From Candidatus Danuiimicrobium aquiferis (GTDB taxonomy: Bacteria > Omnitrophota > Omnitrophia > Omnitrophales > Danuiimicrobiaceae), in NCBI GenBank assembly GCA_001804285.1, contig MHFR01000016.1, positions 13,975-77,974 on the forward strand: a stretch of DNA of 64,000 bases. Reading direction: 5' to 3'. Numbering within the stretch: position 1 is the stretch's first letter; each line of letters begins with the position of its first letter. Below, piece after piece: positions 17,877-28,774 of the stretch. A program made the translations under genes and the position numbers. The notes below the pieces were generated by a model. That model ran no database searches and was not told the origin of the DNA. It saw nothing but the letters and a program-made list of their open reading frames with translations.

Positions 17877-18899
17877 ATGATTTCTTGTTCGATTATTGGC
17901 GCAACGAGTTATACCGGGAATGAATTAATCCGGCTTTTGGCGAAACATCCGAATGTAAAGTTCGGATGCCTCACCACACGATCGGAAGACCCTGTTTTGG
18001 CGGCGGAAATGGTGCCTTCTCTCGGTAAAAATGACACGCTCTGGATCGAAAAGTTTGACGAGAAAAAAGTGCTTAAAGTATCCGATGTTATTTTTCTCAC
18101 GTTACCGCACACGGCAGCGATGGAATATGGGGCGAAGTTTTTCAAAGCGGGCAAAGTGGTAATCGACCTTTCCGCGGATTTCCGGTTTCAAGAACCGAAA
18201 GTTTATGAAGAGTGGTATCGCGTAAAGCACAGTGCGACTGCGCTTCTTAAGAAAGCGGTTTACGGTCTTCCGGAAATTTATCGGGAACAAATTAAAAAGG
18301 CGAATTTAATTGCGAATCCCGGTTGTTATCCCACCGGCCCAAGTATTGCGCTTTATCCGCTTCTGAAAGGAAGTCTGATTCAAGCGGAGTCGATTGTGAT
18401 TGATGCCAAGTCGGGCGTAAGCGGCGCGGGAAAAAAACTTTCTCAGGTCACGCAATATTGTGAAGTGGATGAAAATTTCAGCGCGTATAAAGTTAATTGC
18501 CACCAACATCAGCCGGAGATTGAGCAGACTTTGTCGGCAATTGCCGGTAAAAAGATTAAAATTACTTTCGTTCCGCATCTTTTACCGCTTCAGCGGGGAA
18601 TTCTTTGCACGATCTATCTGAAACGGAAACGAAATGCAAGCAAACAGAAAATCGTAGAAACGTTTGAAAAGTTTGCCGGAAAACAGCCGTTCGTTCGTTT
18701 TCTCGGGCACGGAAAATTCCCGGGGTTGCATCAAGTTCAATATACAAATTTTTGCGATATCGGAATTGCCGTGGATGAAAATTCTGACGGGGTGATCGTG
18801 ATTACGGCGATCGATAATTTACTCAAGGGCGCAAGTTCTCAGGCCATACAAAATATGAATATCAGAATGGGATTCGCCGAAACAGCGGGGTTGTTATAA
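17877..18899 (+). CDS. argC: N-acetyl-gamma-glutamyl-phosphate reductase
   Basis: IIGATSYTG, IDLSADFR, ANPGCYPT, SGVSGAG, IDNLLKGA; ATG at 17877 follows GAGG. Confidence 0.97.
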   Translation: MISCSIIGATSYTGNELIRLLAKHPNVKFGCLTTRSEDPVLAAEMVPSLGKNDTLWIEKFDEKKVLKVSDVIFLTLPHTAAMEYGAKFFKAGKVVIDLSADFRFQEPKVYEEWYRVKHSATALLKKAVYGLPEIYREQIKKANLIANPGCYPTGPSIALYPLLKGSLIQAESIVIDAKSGVSGAGKKLSQVTQYCEVDENFSAYKVNCHQHQPEIEQTLSAIAGKKIKITFVPHLLPLQRGILCTIYLKRKRNASKQKIVETFEKFAGKQPFVRFLGHGKFPGLHQVQYTNFCDIGIAVDENSDGVIVITAIDNLLKGASSQAIQNMNIRMGFAETAGLL

Positions 18900-20155
18900 T
18901 GAAAGATTTGAAAGTGGTTCCAAACGGCAGTGTGACATCCCCTCAGGGTTTTAAAGCTTTTGGAATGTATGCGGGCATTAAAAAGAATGCGCGCAAATAT
19001 GATGTTTCTTTGATTTGTTCGGATGTGCCGGCGGTTTCGGCCGGAACGTTTACGACGAGTAAAGTGAAAGCATGGCCGCTTCAATATAATTTAAAAATCA
19101 TGAAAAATAAAACGCACCGCGCGATTTTTGGAAATAGCGGGAATGCCAATTGTTTTAACGGGATCGGCGGGAAAAAAGCGGTGGGTGTGGTTGCCGGCCT
19201 TCTGGCGCGGCGATTAAAAATCAAGCGTAATCAGATTTTCATGAATTCGACGGGGATTATCGGGCGTTCCTATCCCACTGAAGTGGTTGAGAATGCGCTC
19301 CCGCAGCTCGTGAGTGGTTTGTCTTACGAAGGCGGCCATGAAGCAGCGCGGGGAATTTTGACGACGGATACGCATCCAAAAGAAATTGCGGTCCGTTTTT
19401 CACTACACGGGAAACCCGTGACAGTCGCAGCGATGGCGAAAGGTGCCGGGATGATGTATCCGGATATGAATGTGCGAGGGGAAAGTCCGAATTCGATTAA
19501 GGGAAAGCATGCGACGATGCTTTGTTTCGTGACAACGGACGCGAATATTTCTAAACGATTGCTTGAGCGTGCACTTGAAAACGTGATCCGGAAAACCTTC
19601 AACAAGATTGCGATCGACAATGATCAAAGCACGAACGATACCGTCTTGATTCTGGCGAACGGCCTTGCAGGAAATCAAAAAATCGTCAAGCAAGATCAGG
19701 GTTTTCTCGCTTTTGAATCGGCGCTACTCTGCGTTTGCGAATATATTGCCAAACATCTGCTCAAAGACGGAGAAGGTGTGACTCACGTTTGCGAGATAAT
19801 CGTGAAGGGCGCAAAAACGGGTGAAGAAGGAAACCAGCTTTGCCGCCAAATCGCGACGTCCATGCTTGTGAAAACGATGCTCGCGGGCGAAGATCCGAAT
19901 TGGGGGCGTCTGATGGGATGCGTTGGGTCGAGTCAAGTGGCTTATTCGCCCGAACTTGATATTGCGTTTGACGGAGTTCCGATTATTAAAAATGGCTGTG
20001 AAGTAGCTAAAAACAAACTTCATCTTCGTCAGTGCCTGAAGAAGAAAGAGTACGTGCTCGAAATTGATTTAAAAAAAGGCCGCTATGAAGAGCGCTTTTG
20101 GACGACGGATTTAACCAAGTTTTACGTGTGGATTAATTCACAATATTCGACGTGA
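18899..20155 (+). CDS. argJ: Bifunctional ornithine acetyltransferase/N-acetylglutamate synthase
   Basis: NSGNANC, STGIIG, TTDT, AKGAGM, ATML, STND, DGEG, DPNWGR. Confidence 0.97.
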   Translation: MKDLKVVPNGSVTSPQGFKAFGMYAGIKKNARKYDVSLICSDVPAVSAGTFTTSKVKAWPLQYNLKIMKNKTHRAIFGNSGNANCFNGIGGKKAVGVVAGLLARRLKIKRNQIFMNSTGIIGRSYPTEVVENALPQLVSGLSYEGGHEAARGILTTDTHPKEIAVRFSLHGKPVTVAAMAKGAGMMYPDMNVRGESPNSIKGKHATMLCFVTTDANISKRLLERALENVIRKTFNKIAIDNDQSTNDTVLILANGLAGNQKIVKQDQGFLAFESALLCVCEYIAKHLLKDGEGVTHVCEIIVKGAKTGEEGNQLCRQIATSMLVKTMLAGEDPNWGRLMGCVGSSQVAYSPELDIAFDGVPIIKNGCEVAKNKLHLRQCLKKKEYVLEIDLKKGRYEERFWTTDLTKFYVWINSQYST

Positions 20156-20253
20156 ATGGTTAGAAACAGTTTCGTAAAGTCTGTCATCCCCGCGAAAGCG
20201 GGAATGACATGAGAAAAAAGTTAGGTTAAAACAATAGGAGTTAAAGAAACAGC

Positions 20254-21114
20254 ATGATCGAAGAAATTATTGATAAAGCGGATATTTTAATCGAGTCGCT
20301 TCCGTATATTAGAGAATTTCGGGGAAAAGAAATTCTGATTAAGTATGGCGGAGCTGCGATGACGGATCCGGAAATCAGGGATCACGTTTTACATGATCTT
20401 GTATACATGAACTACGTCGGGATTCGGCCGATTTTGGTGCATGGCGGCGGGCCGGCCATTACGGAAAATTTGAAAAAAGCCGGAGTCGAATCCAAATTCG
20501 TGAACGGTCTTCGTGTGACGGATGAAGCGACGATCAAAGTGGTGGAAGCGACTTTGCGCGGGTTGAATCAAGAACTCGTCAGCGATTTAATTAAATTTGG
20601 TGCGCAAGCCATGGGGTTGTCGGGCCATGATGCCCGGATTTTAAAAGTGAAGAAACACACAGCGAATAATGTCGACATCGGTTTCGTTGGCGATGTGGTT
20701 GAAGTGAATACCAAGCCGATCAAGAAACTGACGGAAGCAAATATGATTCCGGTGGTTTTCCCGATCGGTTACGATGCGGCCGGTGCGATGTATAATGTGA
20801 ATGCGGATGAAGCAGCGGCGCAAATTGCAATTGCGATGAATGTGAGCAAAGTGATGGTACTTACAAATGTGAGAGGGATTCTCCGTGATAAAGATGACGC
20901 CCGGACGCTCATATCGTCCCTTCATGTGAACGATGTCGAAATGCTGAAGGAAAAACAAGTGATTTCCGGAGGAATGATTCCGAAAGTAAATTCCTGTATG
21001 AAGGCAATCAATGGAAATGTTCCGAAAGCGCATATCATCGACGGAAGAATCAAACATGCGCTTTTGTTCGAAATTTTTACTGAAAAAGGAATCGGTACAG
21101 AGATTGTAAAATAA
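20254..21114 (+). CDS. argB: Acetylglutamate kinase
   Basis: IKYGGAAM, VHGGGP, GLRVTD, NVNAD, GGMIPKV. Confidence 0.97.
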   Translation: MIEEIIDKADILIESLPYIREFRGKEILIKYGGAAMTDPEIRDHVLHDLVYMNYVGIRPILVHGGGPAITENLKKAGVESKFVNGLRVTDEATIKVVEATLRGLNQELVSDLIKFGAQAMGLSGHDARILKVKKHTANNVDIGFVGDVVEVNTKPIKKLTEANMIPVVFPIGYDAAGAMYNVNADEAAAQIAIAMNVSKVMVLTNVRGILRDKDDARTLISSLHVNDVEMLKEKQVISGGMIPKVNSCMKAINGNVPKAHIIDGRIKHALLFEIFTEKGIGTEIVK

Positions 21115-21127
21115 CGCTATGGATTTA

Positions 21128-21330
21128 GGTCACTAGTCACCGGACACTGGTTACTATGTTCTGTTGACATTTAGTGTTCTCATTCCTTCTCCCTTTTGGG
21201 GAGAAGGTTAGGATGAGGGGGAATTTCAATCCCTCACCCTATCCCTCTCCCACAGGGAGAGGGGAAAGTATGTAAATATCAGCAGAACATAGTGAATAAA
21301 TGAGAAACCAGTGACTGGTGTCAAGTGTCT
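21128..21330. repeat. Composite intergenic repeat: inverted 7-bp tandem arrays around a CCCTCACCC/CCCTCTCCC-type palindrome
   Basis: ggtcact agtcacc ggacact ggttact ... agtgact ggtgtca agtgtct, enclosing ctccccttttggggag and ccctctcccacagggagaggg. Confidence 0.7.
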
Positions 21331-21345
21331 ATCGACGAGGAAGTT

Positions 21346-22533
21346 ATGAAAACCAAAGAAGTTCAGGAACAATATAATCAATATGTGCTTCCGACTTACA
21401 CGCGGGTTTCGATGTGTATTGTCAAGGCAAAGGGCCTTAAGGTTTGGGATATCGAAGGGAAAGAGTATCTCGATTTTTTTTCGGGTTGGGCGGTTTCCGG
21501 ACTCGGGCACTGCCATCCGGCTGTTGTCAATGCGATTAAGAATCAGATCCGGAAAGTGATTCATATTCCAAACAATTTCTATGGTATCAAACAAGGTCAG
21601 CTTGCGGAGAAAATTATTCAGCATTCATTTCCGGGGCGTGTTTTCTTTTGCAACAGCGGAGCGGAAGCGAATGAGGGCGCGATTAAATTTGCGCGACGGT
21701 ACGGATCTCTTTCCGGGCGTTATGAAATTGTGACGATGAAAAATTCGTTTCACGGAAGAACATTGGGTGCGCTTGCCGCGACGGCACAGGAAAAATATCA
21801 AAAAGGGTTTAATCCGCTGCTTGAGGGATTTAAATATGTTCAACTGAATGATTTCGAAGCGCTCCAAAAAGTGGTATCGGATAAGACTGTTGCGATTATT
21901 TTGGAGCCGATTCAGGGCGAAGGCGGAGTGAATATTGCCGATGTCGATTATATCAAACGCCTCCGGACATTTTGTGATGACCGGAAGATACTGCTTATTT
22001 TCGATGAAGTTCAAACCGGTATGGGGCGGACGGGATATTGGTTTGCCTTTCAGCATTATGGAATAGAACCAGACTTGATGACGCTTGCGAAATCGCTTGC
22101 AAATGGCGTTCCGATCGGCGCGTTGGTGGTGAACCGGAGGATTAAAGAGGAAGTTTTAGTCGCCGGGACGCATGCGTCGACATTCGGTGGAAATCCGTTG
22201 GCAACAGCAGCAGGACTTGCGGTTTTTAAGGCGATTGAGGAGGGTGGATTGCTCACTCGCGCGAAAGAAATGGGTGAATATTTGCGGGCGGGTCTTGAGA
22301 AAATAAAACAAAAGCATCCGGCTGTCATTAAAGAAATCCGGGGGATGGGGCTGATGCTTGGCGTTGAACTGCATGTACCGGGGTCCGATATTGTGAATCG
22401 CGCGCGGGAAGCGGGTCTCCTGATTAATTGTACGCAGGACAAGGTGCTTCGGATTATTCCGGCGATGACGATTACGAAACGGCAGGCTGATCAGGGACTC
22501 GACATCTTAGATCAAGTGTTAGCATCTGTTTAG
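21346..22533 (+). CDS. argD: Acetylornithine aminotransferase
   Basis: NSGAEANE, SFHGRT, EPIQGEGG, FDEVQTG, TLAKSL; operon context. Confidence 0.95.
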   Translation: MKTKEVQEQYNQYVLPTYTRVSMCIVKAKGLKVWDIEGKEYLDFFSGWAVSGLGHCHPAVVNAIKNQIRKVIHIPNNFYGIKQGQLAEKIIQHSFPGRVFFCNSGAEANEGAIKFARRYGSLSGRYEIVTMKNSFHGRTLGALAATAQEKYQKGFNPLLEGFKYVQLNDFEALQKVVSDKTVAIILEPIQGEGGVNIADVDYIKRLRTFCDDRKILLIFDEVQTGMGRTGYWFAFQHYGIEPDLMTLAKSLANGVPIGALVVNRRIKEEVLVAGTHASTFGGNPLATAAGLAVFKAIEEGGLLTRAKEMGEYLRAGLEKIKQKHPAVIKEIRGMGLMLGVELHVPGSDIVNRAREAGLLINCTQDKVLRIIPAMTITKRQADQGLDILDQVLASV

Positions 22534-22642
22534 CGCTTTGAAGTAGCGAATACGTCAAAGTTGTGTCATACCCGCATGCAGCGAAGCAGGCATGACAAAA
22601 AAGTTGAGGTCCTTTTACGGATAAGCACTTCAAAATGCTAAA
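22529..22642. mobile_element. MITE-like element (TTTAGCGYTTTGAAGT / ACTTCAAAATGCTAAA ends) containing a REP
   Basis: Imperfect 16-bp terminal IR; the same ends occur at 44351-44450 and a left end at 17708-17723. Confidence 0.65.
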
Positions 22643-22668
22643 TAAATGCAAGCATTAGAGGAGTAAGT

Positions 22669-23592
22669 ATGAATTACAAACGGTGTATTGACGTATACGA
22701 TTTCAGCGTTTCGGAGATTTTTGAAATTTTTGATCTTGCGATGCGGGTGAAAAAAAATCCGCTTGCATATAAAAATCTTTTGAACGGGAAAGCGCTCGGC
22801 CTGATTTTTGAAAAGCCGTCAACACGGACCTGGGTGTCGTTTGACATCGGGTTTTCGACGCTCGGCGGACATGCGATTTATTTAGGCCCTCAGGATATCA
22901 AACTCGGCGTACGCGAAGAAATCCGGGATGTGGCGCGTGTGCTGGCGCGGTATTTGGATGCGATCGTGATGCGGACTTTTTCGCATAAAACGATTATTGA
23001 ATTTGCGCGCTATTTTGCAAAGCCCGTGATTAACGGATTAAGCGACTTAGAACATCCGTGCCAGGCGTTAACGGATTATTTTACCATGTTGGAAATTTTT
23101 GGCGATTTCAAAGGACGAAAAATTGCCTATGTGGGTGACGGAAATAATGTTTTAAGTTCGCTTTTGTTACTTGCTGCGCGGCTGGGCGTGGATTTTTCGT
23201 TTGCGACCCCAGAAGAGTGCCTGGTCCGCCGTTCGACGTTGATGCGGGCCCGGCGGGAAGCCAAGCGGACCAAAGCAAAAATTTCAGAGTTTCACAATCC
23301 CGGCCAGGCGGTCCGGGGCGCAGACATCATTTATACGGATGTCTGGGTGAGTATGGGCGAAGAGCACAAGTCGAGTAAACGGAAATATTTTAAGCCGTTT
23401 CAGGTGAATCAAAAACTTTTAAGCAAAGCAAAAAAGGATGTGCGTTTCATGCACTGCCTTCCGGCACATCGCGGGGAGGAAGTGACAAACGACGTGATCG
23501 AAGGAAAACATTCGGTTGTGTTTGATCAGGCGGAAAACCGCATCCATGTTCAAAAGGCGATTTTAATTTATTTGTTGGGAATGAATGCATAA
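22669..23592 (+). CDS. argF: Ornithine carbamoyltransferase
   Basis: FEKPSTRT, HPCQ, GDGNNV, TDVWVSMG, HCLP. Confidence 0.97.
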   Translation: MNYKRCIDVYDFSVSEIFEIFDLAMRVKKNPLAYKNLLNGKALGLIFEKPSTRTWVSFDIGFSTLGGHAIYLGPQDIKLGVREEIRDVARVLARYLDAIVMRTFSHKTIIEFARYFAKPVINGLSDLEHPCQALTDYFTMLEIFGDFKGRKIAYVGDGNNVLSSLLLLAARLGVDFSFATPEECLVRRSTLMRARREAKRTKAKISEFHNPGQAVRGADIIYTDVWVSMGEEHKSSKRKYFKPFQVNQKLLSKAKKDVRFMHCLPAHRGEEVTNDVIEGKHSVVFDQAENRIHVQKAILIYLLGMNA

Positions 23593-23640
23593 GTCAAATG
23601 AGCGCTCGACCTTACGGAACGTAAGTCGATGCGCGAATTT

Positions 23641-23745
23641 GATCCCCGCATGTTTTTAGCGGGGAACCATTGTTCTGGATTCCCGCCTCCCTGGAAATAC
23701 AGGGCCGGCCCTCGCTTTACCGAGGGAAGGCATGCGGGAATGACA
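23641..23745. repeat. REP-like element with internal insert
   Basis: Reverse-orientation relative of 27769-27878 and 32232-32340 (shared gggccggccc-centred insert). Confidence 0.8.
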
Positions 23746-23804
23746 ATGTTCGAAGTTGAGGAATTAACAGAGTTCAAACGTTGATTGTATGATGAAGGTG
23801 ATTC

Positions 23805-24989
23805 ATGAAAAAGATTGTATTGGCTTATTCGGGCGGACTTGATACATCATGCGCGGTGAGATGGCTCAAAGATACTTACGAAGCTGAAGTGGTTTGTTTT
23901 TCGGCGTTTATCGGTGAAGTCGGAGACCGGAAGCTTTTGATGCAAAAGGCAAAATCCGCCGGAGCTTCCAAAGTATACGTCGAGAATTTAAAAGAAGAAT
24001 TTGCGGATGATTTTATTATGCCGGCGCTTTGGGCTCATGCGAAATACGAGGGGAAATATTTGCTGGCAACGGCGCTTGGCCGGCCGCTGATTGCAAAACA
24101 TCTTGTGAAGATTGCGGCAATCGAAAAAGCCGATTGCGTGGCGCACGGCTGTACGGGAAAAGGAAACGATCAGGTCCGGATTGAAGTGGGTGTGAAAACG
24201 CTCAATCCCGATCTTCAGATCGTCGCTCCTTTAAGGGAATGGTCCTTCAAATCAAGAGAAGAAGAAATTGATTATGCCGAAAAGCACAATATTCTTGTAT
24301 CTGCGACGAAAAAAAGCCCTTATTCCATCGATAAAAATATTTGGGGGATAGCGATTGAGGCCGGAATCCTTGAGGACCCGTGGACGGAGCCGCCGGCAGA
24401 TGCTTATTTCATGACGCGGCCGCTTTCTGAGGTTCCGAAGAAACCCCTCTATGTCACGATTGGATTTGAGGAAGGGCGTCCCGTTTCTCTGAACGGCAAA
24501 AGCATTAAACTTGTGGCATTAATTGAAAAATTGAATGACATTGGCGGCCGGTATGGCGTGGGGCGGTCGGATTTAATTGAAAACCGTTTGGTCGGAATTA
24601 AATCGCGCGAAATTTATGAAGCGCCGGCGGCGACCATTCTTCAGCTTGCGCATGAAGAACTCGAAGGTCTTGTGATGGACCGTGATTTTCTGCATTACAA
24701 GCGGGTGTTATCGGAAAAATATGCGGAACAGGTTTATTACGGACTTTGGTTTACGCCGCTCAGAGAAGCACTCGATCAATTTTTTGCGACGCATCAATCC
24801 CGAGTAACCGGTTTCATCCGGATTAAATTAGACCAAGGGCAAGCGGTTGTCGTCGGACGGAAGTCGCCCTTTTCGCATTATTCGGAAGAGCTTGCGACTT
24901 ATTCTGAAAAAGACAAATTTGACCGGAAAGCAGCCGAAGGGTTCATGAAAATTTGGGCGATGCCGTATCGAGGGCATAAAGGCAAATGA
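23805..24989 (+). CDS. argG: Argininosuccinate synthase
   Basis: LAYSGGLDTS, HGCTGKGNDQVR, ENRLVGIKSREIYE. Confidence 0.98.
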   Translation: MKKIVLAYSGGLDTSCAVRWLKDTYEAEVVCFSAFIGEVGDRKLLMQKAKSAGASKVYVENLKEEFADDFIMPALWAHAKYEGKYLLATALGRPLIAKHLVKIAAIEKADCVAHGCTGKGNDQVRIEVGVKTLNPDLQIVAPLREWSFKSREEEIDYAEKHNILVSATKKSPYSIDKNIWGIAIEAGILEDPWTEPPADAYFMTRPLSEVPKKPLYVTIGFEEGRPVSLNGKSIKLVALIEKLNDIGGRYGVGRSDLIENRLVGIKSREIYEAPAATILQLAHEELEGLVMDRDFLHYKRVLSEKYAEQVYYGLWFTPLREALDQFFATHQSRVTGFIRIKLDQGQAVVVGRKSPFSHYSEELATYSEKDKFDRKAAEGFMKIWAMPYRGHKGK

Positions 24990-25057
24990 CGAAACGCGAA
25001 TGACAAATGTCGAATTTTGTAATTCGTTATTTAACATTGTAATTAAATGGTGAACGT

Positions 25058-26491
25058 ATGAAAAAATTATGGGGCGGACGGTTTAAAACAGATCTCGATC
25101 CCGTGGCGAAGAAATTTTCTTATTCGCTTGCGGTAGACTGCGAATTGTTGGATGCGGAGCTTTATGTGACGGCTGCGCATGTGCTGATGCTTGCGAAGGT
25201 GGGTATCCTTTCAAAGAGAGAAGCAAAAGCGATTGTGGACGGCCTTTGGAAAACAAAAGAAACTCTCAACAAAACAGTGGTTCAGGACGTCGCTCAAACA
25301 TGTGAAGATGTTCATACTTTGATTGAAATGACGCTAACCCAAAAGATCGGATCAATGGCAAAGAAAATCCATACCGCCCGGTCACGAAATGATTTGGTGG
25401 CCACATCGACGCGGCTGTATGTGAAAGAAAAAATCCATTCAATTTTGGAAGGGATTAATTCATTTCAATCAACGCTCGTTGCGCAGGCTGACCGGTATGC
25501 GGATGTGGTGATTCCGGGGTACACACATTTGCAGCGTGCGCAGGTTGTTCCACTCAGCCATCATTTGCTGGCGTATGTTGAAATGCTTGAGCGGGATAAG
25601 TCGAGGTTTTTGGATGCGCTGAAACGGCTCAATGAATGCCCGCTTGGCGCAGGAGCGATTGCAGGCAGCGGACTTCCGATTGACCGGACGTTTGTTTCGA
25701 AACTTTTGGGATTTGAAAGGCCGACGGCGAACAGCATTGATTCGGTGAGCGACAGGGATTTTGTCGTAGAAGTGACATCGTGTGTTGCGGTTGCGTATAT
25801 GCATTTATCGAGATTTGCAGAGGATCTGATTTTATGGAATTCTCAGGAATTTGGTTTTATCGAATTGGATGACCGCTTTGCAACGGGATCGAGCTTGATG
25901 CCGCACAAGAAAAATCCGGACATGCTGGAACTGACCCGCGGGAAAACGGGCGAGGCTTACGGAAATTTGATTTCTGTTTTGGTGACCATGAAAGGGCTAC
26001 CGCTTGCGTATAACCGGGATATGCAACAGGATAAAAAACCGCTTTTTGCTTCACTGAAAATGTTTACTGAAACGCTGGATGTTCTATCGGGAACCGTCAA
26101 GACATTTAAAGTGGACAAAAATAATTGCAAACGCGCGTGTAACGATAGTTTCCTGTTTGCGACGGATGTGCTCGAGTATCTCGTCAAAAAAGAAATTCCG
26201 TTCCGGGAGGCGCATGAACTTGTCGGGCGGCTTGTTCGTTATGCATCGGAAAGCAATACGACACTCGGCGCGCTGACGCTTGAAACATATAAAAAATATT
26301 CCGAAGCGTTTGAGAAAGATGTTTTTGATCTTTTCGATCCGCTCGTTTCGGTGAATTCAAAAGTGTCAACGGGCAGTGCGAACCCGGAGCTTGTAAAAGC
26401 GGAAATGGATCAGTGGAAAGTGCGTTTGAAATCAGAAAAAACAAATCTGAAGAAACAATATCACATCACCCAAGAGGCGTTTGTCCTGTAA
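25058..26491 (+). CDS. argH: Argininosuccinate lyase
   Basis: KLWGGRF, HTARSRND, PGYTHLQRAQ, GSSLMPHKKNPD. Confidence 0.98.
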   Translation: MKKLWGGRFKTDLDPVAKKFSYSLAVDCELLDAELYVTAAHVLMLAKVGILSKREAKAIVDGLWKTKETLNKTVVQDVAQTCEDVHTLIEMTLTQKIGSMAKKIHTARSRNDLVATSTRLYVKEKIHSILEGINSFQSTLVAQADRYADVVIPGYTHLQRAQVVPLSHHLLAYVEMLERDKSRFLDALKRLNECPLGAGAIAGSGLPIDRTFVSKLLGFERPTANSIDSVSDRDFVVEVTSCVAVAYMHLSRFAEDLILWNSQEFGFIELDDRFATGSSLMPHKKNPDMLELTRGKTGEAYGNLISVLVTMKGLPLAYNRDMQQDKKPLFASLKMFTETLDVLSGTVKTFKVDKNNCKRACNDSFLFATDVLEYLVKKEIPFREAHELVGRLVRYASESNTTLGALTLETYKKYSEAFEKDVFDLFDPLVSVNSKVSTGSANPELVKAEMDQWKVRLKSEKTNLKKQYHITQEAFVL

Positions 26492-27750
26492 TGCATGATT
26501 TTCGATATGAAAATGGAGAGCTTTTCTGCGAATCCGTCCGTGTGCGCGATATCGCAAAAAAAGTCGGGACACCATTTTATGTTTACAGTTATAAAACGGT
26601 GATCGACCACTTCGAGAAACTCAAACAGGCTTTCCGCCCCGTGAAACCCATTATTTGTTTTTCAGTGAAGGCAAATTCAAACCTTTCGGTTTTGCGGTCG
26701 CTTGTCAAAGCCGGTTCCGGGCTTGACATTGTTTCCGGCGGCGAACTTTTCCGGGCCAAACAAGTGAAATGTCCGTCATCCAAAATCGTGTATGCCGGTG
26801 TCGGGAAGACGGTGGATGAAATCATGGCGGCGATCAGAGCGAAAATTTTGCTTTTTAACGTTGAGTCGGCCCCGGAACTTGCACGAATCCAGCGGATTGC
26901 CTATCTGATGGGAAAGAAAGTGAACGTGTCTCTCCGCATCAATCCCGCGATCGATCCGGAGACGCATGACCACATCGCAACCGGGAAAAAGGAATCGAAA
27001 TTTGGCCTTGAAATGGAAGAAGCCGATCGCATTTTTGAAAATGCCGATCAATATCCGAATGTGTCTTTGTGCGGTGTGCACGTGCATATCGGCTCGCAGA
27101 TTGTAAGCGGCGAACCGTTTGTCCGGGCACTCCGGAAAGTAATGATCTTCATTCTCAATTTGGAAAAGAAAGGGCATAAAATCAAATATCTCAATTTGGG
27201 CGGCGGAATGGGGATTGTTTATTCGGATGAACATCCGCAGACTGCCGACGAATATGCGAAAAAGATTTTACCGCTGATCCGGCGAGGCCGATATCAAGTA
27301 ATTCTTGAACCCGGGCGTTTTATCGTCGGGAATGCGGGAATTTTTGTAACGCGCGTTGTGTATATCAAAAAAACGCAATCGAAAAATTTTGCGATTGTTG
27401 ACGGCGGCATGAACGATCTCATCCGGCCGGCTTTTTACGGATCATTTCATGATGTGTGGCCGCTTGTAAAAGATGGCCGGGCGCAAAAAATTGTATACGA
27501 TGTGGTCGGGCCAATTTGTGAAAGCTCCGATTTCCTTGCGAAGAACCGGCTGCTTCAGGAATTGGATGCCGGCGATGAAATCGCGCTGGCCAGTGCGGGT
27601 GCGTACGGTTTTTCGATGTCTTCGAATTATAATGCGCGACCGCGTGTATGCGAAGTGTTTGTTCACGGTTCGAAGTTTGAAATCGTGCGCCGGCGCGAAA
27701 CGTATCAGGATTTGATCCGCGGCGAAAAAGTTCCAGCGTGGCTCAAGTGA
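26491..27750 (+). CDS. lysA: Diaminopimelate decarboxylase
   Basis: SVKANS, DIVSGGEL, HVHIGSQI, EPGR, GPICES; ATG overlaps the argH stop (TAATG). Confidence 0.96.
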   Translation: MHDFRYENGELFCESVRVRDIAKKVGTPFYVYSYKTVIDHFEKLKQAFRPVKPIICFSVKANSNLSVLRSLVKAGSGLDIVSGGELFRAKQVKCPSSKIVYAGVGKTVDEIMAAIRAKILLFNVESAPELARIQRIAYLMGKKVNVSLRINPAIDPETHDHIATGKKESKFGLEMEEADRIFENADQYPNVSLCGVHVHIGSQIVSGEPFVRALRKVMIFILNLEKKGHKIKYLNLGGGMGIVYSDEHPQTADEYAKKILPLIRRGRYQVILEPGRFIVGNAGIFVTRVVYIKKTQSKNFAIVDGGMNDLIRPAFYGSFHDVWPLVKDGRAQKIVYDVVGPICESSDFLAKNRLLQELDAGDEIALASAGAYGFSMSSNYNARPRVCEVFVHGSKFEIVRRRETYQDLIRGEKVPAWLK

Positions 27751-27768
27751 CAAAGGACGCTTTTTAAG

Positions 27769-27878
27769 TGTCATCCCCGCATGTTTTCCCTCGGTAAGGC
27801 GAGGGCCGGCCCTGTATTTCCAGGGAGGCGGGGATCTAAGGGGCAATAGATTCCCGACAAAAGCTTTCGGGAATGACA
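27769..27878. repeat. REP-like element with internal insert
   Basis: tgtcatccccgc ... gcggggatct ... gattcccga ... tcgggaatgaca. Confidence 0.85.
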
Positions 27879-27898
27879 AATATCTGAAAATAATCAAT

Positions 27899-28774
27899 AT
27901 GACCAATACAAAAACGATTCCATTCTGTAAAGCAGTGGCTTCCGGAAACGACTTTGTTGTCGTCGATAACCGGAAAGGATTGATCAAAAACGAAAAAAAG
28001 TTTGCGCAAAAAGTTTGCCGTCCGCATCTTGACATCGGAGCCGATGGGGTTCTTTTAGTTGAAAAATCAAATAAAGCAGATTTTTTTATGAGAATAATCA
28101 ATTCCGACGGTTCGGAAGCGGAAACCTGCGGAAATGGATTCCGTTGTATCACGCTGTATGCACACTGTGTATTGGGTTTCCCGAAAAAAATGAAATTTGA
28201 AACACTTGCCGGAATGATTGACGGTGAGATTCTTTCGTTTTCCCAAAATGAGCGTCCGGGCGATGCGGGAATTTGGGCCTGTATGCGGGCAAAAATGGTG
28301 AATCCGAAGGATTACAAGAAAGATATCTTTCTTGAGCTGGAGGGAATCAAAAAACTGCTCCACTGCTCATTTATCGATACCGGGGTTCCTCATGCGGTGA
28401 TTTTTACGGAAGGACTTGAATCCGTGGCTGTTCACGAATTGGGGAGAAAGGTCCGTTACCACGACAGATTCATGCCTCGCGGCACGAATGTTAATTTTGT
28501 GGAGATAACGGGGAAAAGTGCTCTATCGATTCGAACATACGAGCGCGGAGTAGAGGCCGAAACGCTTGCGTGCGGAAGTGGTTCAACGGCGGCAGCTGTG
28601 ATCGGATGTCTGACAGGGCATGTTCAATCGCCGGTGAAAGTGAAGACGAAAAGCGGTGAGATTTTAACCGTCCGGATGAAGATTGCGGGCGATAAAGTGC
28701 GAAATGTATTTTTAGAAGGCGATGCGAAAATTGTATTTGAAGGAAATATATTAGTTAAGGGAGACGTAAAATGA
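27899..28774 (+). CDS. dapF: Diaminopimelate epimerase
   Basis: GNDF, NSDGSEAETCGNG, TGVPH, YERGVEAETLACGSG. Confidence 0.97.
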   Translation: MTNTKTIPFCKAVASGNDFVVVDNRKGLIKNEKKFAQKVCRPHLDIGADGVLLVEKSNKADFFMRIINSDGSEAETCGNGFRCITLYAHCVLGFPKKMKFETLAGMIDGEILSFSQNERPGDAGIWACMRAKMVNPKDYKKDIFLELEGIKKLLHCSFIDTGVPHAVIFTEGLESVAVHELGRKVRYHDRFMPRGTNVNFVEITGKSALSIRTYERGVEAETLACGSGSTAAAVIGCLTGHVQSPVKVKTKSGEILTVRMKIAGDKVRNVFLEGDAKIVFEGNILVKGDVK